From assembly GCA_028534125.1 (NCBI GenBank), contig CM052842.1:930001-994000 (forward strand): a DNA stretch of 64,000 bases, written 5' to 3'. The notes below the pieces were generated by a model that did no database searches, was not told the origin of the DNA, and saw only the letters and a list, made by a program, of their open reading frames with translations. The DNA comes from Lama glama. Its lineage: Eukaryota. Made by a program: the position numbers and the translations under genes. Positions 34,807-51,041 of this stretch are shown here, one piece after another (the stretch's first letter is position 1; each line of letters begins with the position of its first letter).

Positions 34807-37800
34807 ATGGCCACAAACTTCCTTGTGCACGAGAAGATCTGGTTCGATAAGTTCAAGTACGACGATGCAGAAAGGAGGTTCTACGAGCAGATGAACGGGC
34901 CCGTGGCCGGCTCCTCCCGCCAGGTAGGGACTCTGCACAGCCACTGCCAGCGGGCCGGAGGAGGGCGGCCTGGCTGGCTCCTGGGGAGCTGGAGCTGCCC
35001 TCGTTTTGGCGCAGGGCGCTCCCAGGGGCCCACAGGACCCGGCCTGGCCGGGCCTGCAGAGCGCGCGCCTCGGGCCCTGTCTTTGCGGCCCAGGACTCTG
35101 TTCTTGTCTGTCCTCCGGCCCCTTGAGCGCATCCTGTGCAGCACTTCGCTGCTCTCCTCACATGAGTGGTTCTTTTTTAAATTTAAAAAAGAGAAAAAAG
35201 AGACTGGTGTTTTTCTGCACTGTCTGCAGGAGAACGGCGCCAGTGTGATCCTCCGTGACATTGCGAGAGCCAGAGAAAACATCCAGAAGTCCCTCGCCGG
35301 GGTGCGTACCGCAGGCCGCCGCCCCCCCCCCCCGCGTCCCTGCTCCTCCCCCGCACTGCTGACTACTTTGGCCTCTTGGAGCAGTTAGCGTAGGGTGTGC
35401 AGGGCTGTGTTTCCACACCGCCAGAGAAGATGTTCTTCCTCTTGTGTCCTTGCTGAGCTGGCTGGCAGTCACCTGGGATGCCCCACCTTGCCTTGGCCAC
35501 TCCTGTGGGGCCAGTGTGGGCCCCCTCATCCTGCAGGGTGCACCCCAAGGCACAGGCCCGGAGACCTCTTGCTTCGGGCTTGCTCTCCCGGCTCAGGAAC
35601 GCAGGAGAGGGTGGCACATGCCATGGTTCATCCCTCCCCAGAGAGATGGGCTCACGGGGCAAGTTGAGTTCTGTTCACGGAGTTGGCACTATCTTGAATC
35701 TGAGGCCCAGATCGGGGCCCTCGGGCCCAGCTCAGCCTCCAGGTCCCACGTGAGATCAGGAAAGGAAGACAGGATCGTGTCTGGCTCTGCCCCCAGACGG
35801 GCTGGGGAGTGTGTCCCTAGGAGGTGACAGGCCTGCTCCACCTTCTTGCCAGAGGAATCAGGACCTCGTTCTCCCCTGGGACACAGGGTGGCACCGTGGC
35901 CTCCAGGGCGAAGTGTCAGCAGAGCTGTACTCTGTCTGCAGGCTCTCGGAGAGTCCACCAGTCCACCTCCTTGCCTTTTCCAGCTCTGAGAAGTTGCCCC
36001 CATTCCTTGGCCCATGGCTTCTGACGTCAGTTTCTGTCACATTTCTGGCTCTTATGTGGACCTTTGTGATGACCCTGGTCTCCCCGGTGGACACCGGGTG
36101 ATCTCCCTACGCCCAGAGCCTCAGCTTCATCACATCTGCAAAGTCCCTTTTGCCACGAGGTCACCTTTTTACAGGGTTCGGGGATTGGTATGGGACCAGG
36201 TTTTAGAACCTTCTGCTGGCCACAGCTGGTTCAGGAGGTCCTGGCTGTAGGTTGGGCAGACCTGGGTGAGTGTCCCCCAGGAAGTGGTGCCACCACGGTC
36301 TGCCCAGCAGACCGTGCTCTGTGCTTGCCTCCTGCCTTGTCTTCCGTCCAGCAGCCCCAAGTTCCACCTGCCACCCTCTGCTTGCTCAACACAGTTCAGG
36401 CCAGGCAGACGAGGGATCAAGGTGGCACAAGGTCTTTGCACTCAGGCCAGGTGCATCAGGCTCCTGTGCCCAGGAGGCCAGTGCTGGGGGCTCAGCAACT
36501 CTGGGGGCTGTGGCCCTGGAGCTTCCTGGGCTGCGGACCTCTTCCCCCACCGGGCCTTGGGGCCTTGGCCACTGGGGTCAGTGGCAGGGTCTTGGTCTTT
36601 GGGGGAAGCACGTGGGTGCTTGCTTGGGCCCGGGGGCAGGTCTGCTTGGGCTGATGTGTGAAGCCCCGCGGACCAGGTGGCAGGAGGAACAGACACTTAC
36701 CTTCTCGTGATGTGGAGGCTCAGCGTCCGAGATGAAGGTGTGCGGGGGTTGGTTCCTCCCAAGGCCTCTCTCCTTGGCGTGTAGAAGGCTGTTTTCCTCC
36801 TGTGTCTCTGTCACATCTGTGTCCACATTTTTTCTTATGACGGCACCAGTTACGGGATTAGGACCACTTGACGACTTATCGTGATTAATTATTGTTTCCG
36901 AGTAAGCCCCCACCCTGAGGCCCTAGTGGTGGGGCCCCCAAGTGAACTTCAGGGGAGCATCATTCAGGTGCCGAGGAACCCAGGAGGGATGCTGCGGCCC
37001 AGCGCCGTGCTTGGACTTGGGTGGGGTGGGGCTCAGCACCTGCCGTCTCTGGAGGTTCCCGCAAACTGCGAGGTGACAGGCAGAGGGCTAGAGGCAGGAA
37101 TGGAGGGTCCTGGATTCAGAACCTTAGTGTGGGTCTGCCCTTGAGGCTGCCAGGTGGCTGCCTATTGTATCATGGTCTGCGACTGGACTGGGTGGCCTGG
37201 GCCCGCCTCACTGAGCTCCCTGACTTTCTGCCCTGCGTAGGGCTGGGCAGGGTGGCCCTCAGGCACAGACGCCATGCAGGGACTATGGGCTTGTGGGCTG
37301 GGCAGCGGTGACCCAGTGGCCCCCAGTCCGGTCTCTGCCCCGCCACTTCCTCTTGGCCTTGCAGCAAGTGGGGCCTTGCCCGGAGCCTGCATCCTCAACC
37401 GTCGGTTCCCACTCAGTGTTGTCACCAGGGCTGTGTTGGGAGGTCCCGGGGCTGGGCCGACATGCCAGGCAGCAGGCTCCAGCCTGCTGCCAGACCCGGT
37501 GCATTTGCTTGGCAGGTGAGCCTGCTGAGAGGGGTCTGGGCCGGAGCGTGCAGGCTGGTGGAGCAGTGGGAAGGGTGGTCAGGGCCTTGCAGGAAACAGG
37601 TGGTTCTGGATTTCATCGCTGTGCGGTGGGGCTGCTGGAGGCTTTTGGTGGGAGTGGTATTGGGAGCTGAGTGCTGTGGGAAGCAGGCTGGAGAGGCTGG
37701 GTGCTCTGTGGCAGCGGCGAGGGCGGTCAACTGGCAGGTGGGTGCTGTTGGCATTTGCTAACCAGAGTAGGAGGTTGTGGGGACAGGTTGGGGATGGACA

Positions 37801-39922
37801 TGTCGGTTGATCTGAAAGGAGGGGAATGGAGTGAGCAGAGCCCACCCCGGTCCTAGGGCCTGGTCAGCACTGCTTCCCCAGCAGCACGGCGCCACTTGGC
37901 CAGCTCTCACGAGACTTCGATGCAGTAGGAGCTGGTGGGTCACAGGAGACAAGTGTCGGCCTAGTACTGCCCCAGGTCCTTGGGCAGGGAGCCAGGTGCT
38001 CAGTGTGTCCTCTGTTGGCAGTGGCCTGGGGGTGTGCAGATCAGAGGAGGAGGCCACATGGCTTGCTCTGTTGCTGCCTGGTGGGTGGGCCCCAGGCTCA
38101 AGGTCTTTACCGTAGTTGGACACTGGAAAAGGGCAGCGGCCGTTGGAAAGGGCCCAGTGACCATGCTCTGTCGTTGGAGCCGTTCCACTGCAGTGTGGTG
38201 GTGCTGAGTGGCCTGCTTGTGGGCCCCAGGGGGTAATTTGAGCCATGGCACCTGGGGGGTGAGCTCCCTGGGCCCCGCTGTTGGGTCAGATGACAGGGCT
38301 CCCAGTCAGGGAGGAACCAGAGGAGGCTGGTGGCCAGGCCAGGGTCCCTGGTCACTCGGAGCTTTTGAGGGAGGCAGGGTGTGGCACTGGCTGCTGCAAG
38401 GTGGCTGCCCCCTGCTCTGGCATGCTCCTTCCTCCTGCTCCCAGTGGGCCCCTCAACTGCCATCCCCTCCTGTTTCCAGCTCAAGGCTGTGCTGCCCAGT
38501 CCTCCTGAGGCTCTGGGCCAGGCTGACCCAAGGGCTTTAAGTCCTTTGCTTCCTCCTACCCCACCGGGCGACGGCAGCTGTGGCTCAGTTCCGCACTGCC
38601 TCTGTTCTGGGGCTGCCTCTGCCCTGGGCCTCCTGCTTCCTGTCCTGTGCTGTCCACTCATTCAAGGGTGTCCCTGGTCTCACATCTGCAGGGCTTTCTC
38701 CCCACTTGCCTGGGGCAGGTGGACCCCGTGGGGCTGACGAACTTCTCACCCAGCTTGGGGCTCTGCTTCTGAATGGCTGAGGTGTTGAGCCCACCCTCTC
38801 CTGCTGCCTTGCAGAGCTCGGGGCCTGGGGCCACCAGTGGGCCCAGTGGAGACCACAGTGAGCTGGTCGTCCGGATTGCCAGCCTGGAGGTGGAGAACCA
38901 GAGCCTGCGAGGGGGTGAGGCCCTGGGCCTGATGGGTGGGGGGCCCCACCCTGCCCCTGCCATCTGACCAGCACCCACTTTGCTCCCACAGTGGTGCAGG
39001 ATCTGCAGCAGGCTGTCTCAAAGCTGGAGGCCCGGCTGAGCGCACTGGAGAAGAGCTCACCAGCCCACCGAGCCACGGCCCCACAGACGCAGGTGAGTGC
39101 CCTCCCCACACCCAGGGACCACATGCCTGGCACTGAGCAGCAGGAGGCCCTCAGATACACGGGCCCTGGTGCCCTCACCCTGACGGGCAGGGTGTGTAGT
39201 TGGGTCCCTGGCTGCGTGGGCCTCAGCCTCCTGTCCCCTGTGGCAGCACGTGTCTCCCATGCGCCAAGTGGAGCCCCCTGCCAGGAAGGTGGCCACTGCC
39301 ACGGAGGATGACGAGGATGATGACATCGACCTGTTTGGCAGCGACGAGGAGGAGGACAGGGAGGCGGCCCGGCTGCGGGAGGAGAGGCTGCGGCAGTACG
39401 CTGAGAAGAAGGCCAAAAAGCCTGCCCTGGTGGCCAAGTCCTCCATCCTCCTGGATGTCAAGCCTGTGAGTGGCTCATCTCTGACCCTCCCCACCCTGTG
39501 CCCTGGGGTCCTGGAGAGGTCGGGGGGGCAAGGCAGGTGTAAACTCAGACTGCTCTGACCCCAGTCCCCCCCCTCCCCAGTGGGATGACGAGACAGACAT
39601 GGCCCAGCTGGAGGCCTGCGTGCGCTCCATCCAGATGGACGGGCTGACGTGGGGGGGCTCCAAGCTGGTGCCGGTGGGCTACGGCATCCACAAGCTACAG
39701 ATCCAGTGTGTGGTGGAGGACGACAAGGTGGGGACAGACCTGCTGGAAGAGGAGATCACCAAGTTCCAGGAGCACGTGAGTGGGCAGGCACACACGGTGG
39801 GGTCCCCAAGTGAACCTCCGGCCAGGCCAGGCACGTGGCAGGAGCACGTGGGCCTTCGTGAACACGAGCCTCCCTCTCCACAGGTGCAGAGCGTCGACGT
39901 TGCTGCTTTCAACAAGGTCTGA
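34807..39922 (+). CDS. EEF1D: Elongation factor 1-delta, short isoform, 280 aa
   Basis: Exons 34807-34923, 35230-35301, 38815-38914, 38992-39092, 39247-39465, 39581-39775, 39884-39922; total 843 nt. [15 protein letters not shown], leucine zipper, DDIDLFGSD acidic region and GEF domain ([16 protein letters not shown]). Confidence 0.98.
35900..36200 (-). mobile_element. MLT1 (MaLR) LTR fragment
   Basis: CCTTGCCTTTTCCAGCT...CATTCCTTGG...CACATCTGCAAAGTCCCTTTTGCCA...ACAGGGTTCGGGGATT is typical of antisense MLT1C/D. Confidence 0.65.
36670..36968 (-). mobile_element. MLT1A/B-like (MaLR) LTR
   Basis: GGAGGCT...TCCGAGATGAAGGTG...GGCCTCTCTCCTTGGC...CACCAGTTACGGGATTAGG...CATTCAG. Confidence 0.7.
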
Positions 39923-39960
39923 GCCTGGCACTGGGCCTGTGTGTGTGAAGTCTTGCAGCC

Positions 39961-39966
39961 AATAAA
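39961..39966 (+). terminator. EEF1D: EEF1D polyadenylation signal AATAAA
   Basis: AATAAA 38 nt after the stop. Confidence 0.9.
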
Positions 39967-41399
39967 GACAGATTCCAGCTCTCTGCCTCCTGTCCTGGTC
40001 TGGGCCCCACGGTGGGCACGTTCAGCGAGCGGCACTCTGCCAGGCCCCAGGCCTCATTAGTGTCGCCTGGGCCCCCTGTCTGTCCTGCTGCTCCTGCACC
40101 AGTGGCCACCACCCTCCTCCCCTGTCTTGGTCTCTCCACAGCCCTCCTGTGGCTATGGGACCCCACCACTTGCTGCCCCTCCTATCTGCCCCCTCCCATC
40201 TTGCTCACGCCTCAGTTGCGAGCACCACGTCCAGGTCAAGCTGTTGAAACCAGAAACGAGCACATATTGGCTCCCTCACTGTAGGAGGCATCCCTGTCCA
40301 CCACCTCCTCTCTTCTCTGCCGAGCTGTCCCCACAGGTGCAGAAGTGCCAGTCTGGGACTGTCCAGGGGAGAGGTCCCAGCGGCCGACCTGGCCCTGCTG
40401 TTGTGACTATAGCCAGGCGCCCCATCAAGTTTGAACTGTGTGAACCCCTGCCAGATATCCCACCATCTCTAGAAAGAAGGCCGGGCTTTTCTCAGCCCTG
40501 CCGCCCCTGCTGCCCAGCCCTGCCCCTCTCCCTTCAGTCCTTTTAGGGTGCTCACTGCCCTGCCCCGCCCACCTTCCACTGTGCTGCCTGCATCTGTGGT
40601 CGTGCCTCCCCCTGCCCCCCACACTAGAGACCAGGGCCCTAGACGGATCCCATGACAAACTGCCCTGTGCGCTGGTGCCCACTGTCCTGCCTGTCCCTGT
40701 CCACCTCCACTCCCAAGCCCCGCGTTTGGACAACACTTGAGTCACTAGTGGTTTCTCCTCTGGACTGCTGACCCACATGGCTGTTGAGGCAGCCGTGTCT
40801 GGTGTTGGGAGAAAGTGTGGGTTGTGGTTACTTCTGCGCTGTCCTCCAGGGCCCCCCTCAGGATTTCTGTGGGGCTTTGAGTGCGGAAGCTGAAAGCCTT
40901 TGCTACCAGCTGGGGGTGGACAAAGGGCCCCCTCGCCCTTTGTTGGCACCACACTCCTTCCCGAGCAGTGTGGTATGGGCCTTGCCTGGGGCGGTGCTGG
41001 CTGCGCGCTGCCCTCCCCAGGCCGGGGCGGCCCCTGGGCGGGTGGGGGTGAAGTCCAGCTGGACGCGGAGTTCTGGCTGTCCTCTTCTACCCTCGCGGAG
41101 CCCAATGCACGGAGCTGCCAGCCTCGCGGGGATCGGGACAGGCCACGCGGCAAGGGGCCAAGGGGAGCAGGGGTGACCAGCGAGAGCACACGCCCCCAGC
41201 CCCAGCCAGGTCCAGCTGCTGGGGCCCCTGGGAGTGTCTGGAGGCCAGCGGCCCGCCCCGCCCATTCCGGTTGCCAGGAAAGGCGGGCTCTCCCTGGTGT
41301 CCCCGCCTCCTGGTGCGTCCCGCTGGCTGGGCGGGCTTTGGGGAGCGCGGCGTCAGGGGGTGGACGGGCGGGGCGGCCAGAGTCCGGAGTGCGGGGGTA

Positions 41400-44300
41400 A
41401 TGGCGGCAGAGCAGGACGCAGAGGGGCGCGCGGCGGCCCGGCCGCTGCTCACCGACCTCTACCAGGCCACCATGGCGCTGGGCTACTGGCGCGCGGGCCG
41501 GGCGCAGGACCAGGCCGAATTTGAGCTTTTCTTCCGTCGCTGCCCGTTCGGTGGAGCCTTCACCCTGGCCGCTGGGCTGCGCGACTGCGTGCGTTTCCTG
41601 CGTACCTTCCGCCTCCGGGACGCAGGTATCCCCCGGGCCCGGGAGCCCCTCCTACCCGGCCCCCTTGCCCCGCCCACCACCACTTCTGCCGCCCCTAGAC
41701 GTGCAGTTCCTGGCCTCGGTGCTGCCCCCAGACACAGACCCGGCGTTCTTCGAGCACCTTCGTGCCCTCGACTGCTCCGGGGTGACAGTGCGGGCCCTGC
41801 CCGAGGGCTCCCTCACCTTCCCCGGCGTGAGTGCGGGGTAAGCCGGACGATGGGGTGGGGCTGAGTGGGCCCACGGTGCCGAGCTGACAGCCCGCCCCGC
41901 AGGTGCCGCTGCTGCAAGTGTCGGGGCCACTCCTGGTGGTGCAGCTGCTGGAAACGCCGCTCCTCTGCCTGGTCAGCTATGCCAGGTGGGGCCTGGGGTG
42001 CCAGGTGGGGCCTGGGGTAGGACCGGGGCTCCTGCCCAAGACCCGAAGGCTGGGCTCCGAGGAAGGAGCACGGCCTTCCGGGCCCCACCCGGTGGGGCGT
42101 GGCCCCTGGGTTGGATGGTGGAGCCCAGGCCTGGGTCCTGGAGAGGGACCTTCCGCTCCCACCGTGCAGGGTCCCAGGAGAGGACGGCTCTGGTTGGCTT
42201 CCTGGCCCTCACGCAGGGCCCTTGCCCTGTTGCTCCAACAGCCTCATTGCCACGAATGCAGCGCGGCTTCGCCTGATCGCAGGGCCGGAGAAGTGGCTGC
42301 TGGAAATGGGACTTCGGCGAGCTCAGGGACCGGATGGGGGTCTTACGGCCTCCACCTACAGCTACCTGGGCGGTGAGGGCCAGGAGAGGGAGGCAAGGTT
42401 TGGGAAAGGAGGCCAGCCCTGAGATCCCCCTCACTACAGTACCTGAAGTCCCTCAACCTTGCCTGATGCCCTGGTCCAGGCTTTGATGGCAGCAGCAATG
42501 TGCTTGCGGGACAGCTGCGGGGCGTGCCTGTGGCCGGAACCCTGGCACACTCCTTCGTCACGTCCTTTTTGGGTACCGAGGTGCCCCCTGACCCGGTCAG
42601 TACCCCTGTCTGCCCCACTGCAGTCCAGAGGGCAGACCCCCAAAGCCAGCCGCTGCCCAAGGGGAGGGAGGGACCAGTTCTTGCTCTGCACTCAGGTAGG
42701 TGCCGTGCCTGGCCCACCTCAGCCACCCTGGCAGGCAGTCTTGGTGCTGCACTGGGAAGCTGGCAGGCAGGTGGCTCAGACCCTTTACCAGGGACAAACC
42801 AGACCCCACCCTGTGCTCTGGATCTTCCATCCTTCACCAGTTCGTCTCCCTAGATGTTGGCTCCTGCTGCTGGTCAAGGCCCCAAGGTGGACCTGGCCGC
42901 CTGTGTGGAGACATGGCTGGAGCGTGTGTGTGCCCACCTGGGGCTGGGAATGCAGGAGCCACACCGGGGGGAGCGGGCAGCCTTTGTGGCCTATGCCCTG
43001 GCCTTTCCCCGGGCCTTCCAGGGCCTGCTGGACACCTACAGCGTGCGGAGGTGAGGCCCAGGCATCCCCGGAGCGGGCTCAGCCGAGCACCTTCAGGCCC
43101 CCGACCGCCTTGCCCTGCCTGCAGGAGCGGCCTTCCTAACTTCCTGGCTGTAGCCCTGGCTCTGGAGGGGCTGGGCTACCAGGCAGTGGGCGTGAGGCTG
43201 GACAGCGGCGACCTGCTTCAGCAAGCCCAGGAAATCCGCGGAGTCTTCCGAACGGTGGCGGCCCAGTGAGTCCCCGGGGTACTTTGCCTGCTGAGACCCC
43301 CTCTGGGGTTGGAATGTTGGGATGGGACAGAGGAGGGGAAGGAGGGACCTTCCCAACCTTCACCCCTCCCACGGTGAGGCTCTCTGGTGTGGTCGCTACC
43401 TCAGTAGAGTAGGCACGGCCCTGGCGAGGAGGCTGGGGTGGGCTCACTCAGGGGCCTGCAGGCAAAAAGGCCAGAGCCAGCATGGCTGAAGGCAGATTAT
43501 CAGGGGGTGGGGAGATGGCATGACGGGTGGGAGGGGACCGGTGCATCAGGAGCAGCGGAGGGGCTGCCCACACAGGTTCCGGGTGCCCTGGCTAGAGTCG
43601 GTCCCTATCACCGTCAGCAACAGCATTGATGAGGAGGAGCTGGCCCGGCTGGCCCAGAAGGTGAGTGGGGCGGGGGCAGGCCAGAGGGCGGCTGGGGGCC
43701 CCAGGCCTGCAGGTGCTGGACGAGCCCAGGGCTGCCTCCCGTCCCCTCCTCCAGGGCAGCGAGGTGAACGGCATCGGCATCGGCACGAGCGTGGTCACTT
43801 GCCCGCGTCAGCCTTCCCTGGGCTGTGTCTACAAGGTGAAAATGGGGCAGGGGCCCTGTGGGGGCGGGCTGGGCTGGGTCATGGGCCCGAGGAGAAGGGT
43901 CCAATTCTGCTGACACCCTGTCTCCGCAGCTGGTGTCCGTGGGAGGCCAGCCACGAATGAAGCTGACTGAGGACCCAGAGAAGCAGACATTGCCGGGGAG
44001 CAAGGCTGCCTTCCGGCTCCTGGGCTCCAACGGTGAGGCCTGCCTTGCTGACCCTCTGCGGTTCGGCTCAAGGCCTCTGGCCCCCCACGTTATTCTTGGC
44101 ACCCCTGACACGCACACACACACAGGGTCTCTGCTGATGGATGTGCTGCAGTTGGCAGAGGAGCCACCTCCCCAGGCTGGCCAGGAGCTGCGAGTCTGGC
44201 CTCGAGGGGCCCAGGAGTCCTGTACCGTGAGGCCGGCCCATGTGGAGCCACTTCTGCGACTCTGGGTCCAGCAGGGACAGGTGACCACCCCTACCCACCC

Positions 44301-44660
44301 CGCTAGGCTGCACCTTCAACCCAAATCAAGCCCTGACACCTGACCTAGAGCCAGCCCCTTCCTTCCCTCTTCCCCCCAGCTGTGTGAGCCCCTCCCATCT
44401 CTGGCTGAATCCAGAGCCTTCGCTCAACTGTCCCTAAGCCGTCTGAGCCCTGCACACAGGCGGCTGGAGCAGCCTGAGCTGTACCAGGTGAGTGTCGGGC
44501 CCACATTGTCAACCTGACCTGTGTGCTCTCTGCCCCGACAGCCACCCACTCTCCCCTCCTCTCCACCCTGCAGGTCGCACTGTCTGAGAAGCTACAGGCC
44601 CTGGTGGACAAACTGAGTGCCAGCAGTCCCCATGAGAGTCCAATGGTGGGAGTTGCCTGA
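41400..44660 (+). CDS. NAPRT: Nicotinate phosphoribosyltransferase, 546 aa as assembled
   Basis: Exons 41400-41625, 41699-41826, 41903-41985, 42242-42372, 42480-42595, 42854-43050, 43125-43265, 43576-43660, 43755-43835, 43930-44032, 44126-44280, 44380-44487, 44574-44660; total 1641 nt. Motifs [22 protein letters not shown] (phospho-His), LDTYS and RLDSGD. Confidence 0.97.
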
Positions 44661-46310
44661 AATTAACATGAGTCATTCACTGTCCCCCACAACTTGTCAT
44701 GTGTCGTGTCTTCACCCAGCCTGCCACTCACTGGAACCCCAGGGCCTCCCGGGGTGGGCTGGAGTCAGGGATCAGCGTGAGGGCTCGTGCTTCCAGGGGA
44801 GATCCCGCTCGGCCCGGGCAGGGAGGTGGCCCTGTGCCGAGGCCTGAGGGTGGTGAGGAGGTAGGCTAAGGGCAAGGAGTGTCTGAGGCCTGGAGAGCTG
44901 GGAAAGGGCAGGGCTGTGGGGAAGGGAGGCCTCTGGTGCCCAGCTGGGAGTTGGGGTTGGTACCATGGAAGGCCTCTCCCTGCTGGAGGCTCGAGAAGGG
45001 GCACCTCGGGGTGGGATTAGAGTGCCAGATACAGGAGCTCCAGCATTCCTGTGACCATGCGCTGCCAAAGGCACTGTCCTCAGGCAGGCTCTGTGGGGCA
45101 CCTTGAGCTTCCCAAGCCAGAGAGCAGCCTGGTGTCACCTGCCACTGCTGCTGCCAGCCCTGCAGGACCCTGCCACTGGGGAACCCTGTGGCCCTGCGCC
45201 CCACCCATCTGGCTCCCTCCTGGCCTTGGCATCTGTCATGATGCTGACCAGCCTGGGCCTTGGGGACCCGGCTCCTCGGAAGGGAGAGGAGTGGGTCCAG
45301 GCCTGCGCTAGAGCCAGTGAAGAAGTTGAGGGGACAGAGGGCGGCTCAGCTCTGTGCAGGCAGGCTAGTCAGGTCTCCAGAGGGGCCACTCAGGAGAGCG
45401 GTCTGGGGCTCTGTGGACGTGAGGGTGGGGCCCGGGCCTGGCCTGTCCAGGCCTTGAAGCAGGTGTGGGTGTGGAGGTGCTGACTCTCCAGGGCGCTTCC
45501 CACAGCACTGCCACCTGCCAAGGTATTTGGCCAGACCAGCTCTTCTGGCTCCTCTGCCCAGGCTGGGCAGTGCCCCTGAGTTGCTGGGTGACAGTGACGG
45601 TGGGAATTTAGGGCAGAGGCCCAGTCAGGCCATCCCTGGGGGACAGGTGGTTGAAGGAAGATACAGACACACAGACACACAACAGAACATGCACTGGCCC
45701 CAGGTACCCACAGGTCACCACTTCTCAGCTCTGCACTTCCTTGGTGCTGGGACCCAGAGCACCTCCCGCCTCCAGTGATGGCGGTCACCTGCAAGGACAC
45801 CTGAAGGCACAGGGCAGCTCCTCTTGCCTCTGGCTCCACCCCAGGGCTGCCCCGAGCTCAGAGATGTGGGCAGCTCTCTGAATTATCCCCGTTCCCAGAA
45901 TGGCTGGGTCAGAATGCAGAGGGGACAGCCCAGGCCCAGCCTGGACCCAACGGCTTCTTTGGGGCTGAATCAGGTGAAGGCTCAGCTCAGGGCTAGGCCC
46001 AGCGTTCTGGACCCTGCCAGGGTCTCTTCAGGGCTGTCCACACCTTCCCCAGGGTCTTCTGCCTAGAGGAGGCAGAGATCAGGGACAAGGACCCTTCTCT
46101 CCCCTTGCAGACCTACTGTCTCCCAGGGACCTTCCCTCTTCCCCAGGGCCTGGGGGCAGAGTCAGACCCCAGGCGCTCAGGCTTCTCACCCCAGATGCTG
46201 GCCACTCACCTCCAGCAGCCCAGGCAGGAGGGGCTTTCACAAGCCCCCAGCAGGCACCACTCCTGGGGACACCTCTGTGTGGCTCCCCAACCCCCACACC
46301 CACACCCACG

Positions 46311-46313
<3 letters not shown>

Positions 46314-46347
<34 letters not shown>
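46314..46347. repeat. (AC)17 microsatellite ~135 bp upstream of the MROH6 ATG
   Basis: Read directly from the sequence. Confidence 0.9.
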
Positions 46348-46349
<2 letters not shown>

Positions 46350-46394
46350 CACCACGCCCGTTCTTGGTCCCGCCTGCCTGGGACATGCTTCTAG

Positions 46395-51041
<4,647 letters not shown>

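Noticed and set aside
41626-41698. NAPRT intron 1 donor GTATCCCC resembling a U12 site
   Set aside because: It lacks the +7/+8 TT, has no CCTTRAC branch near the AG, and the exon ends in CAG as in U2 introns.
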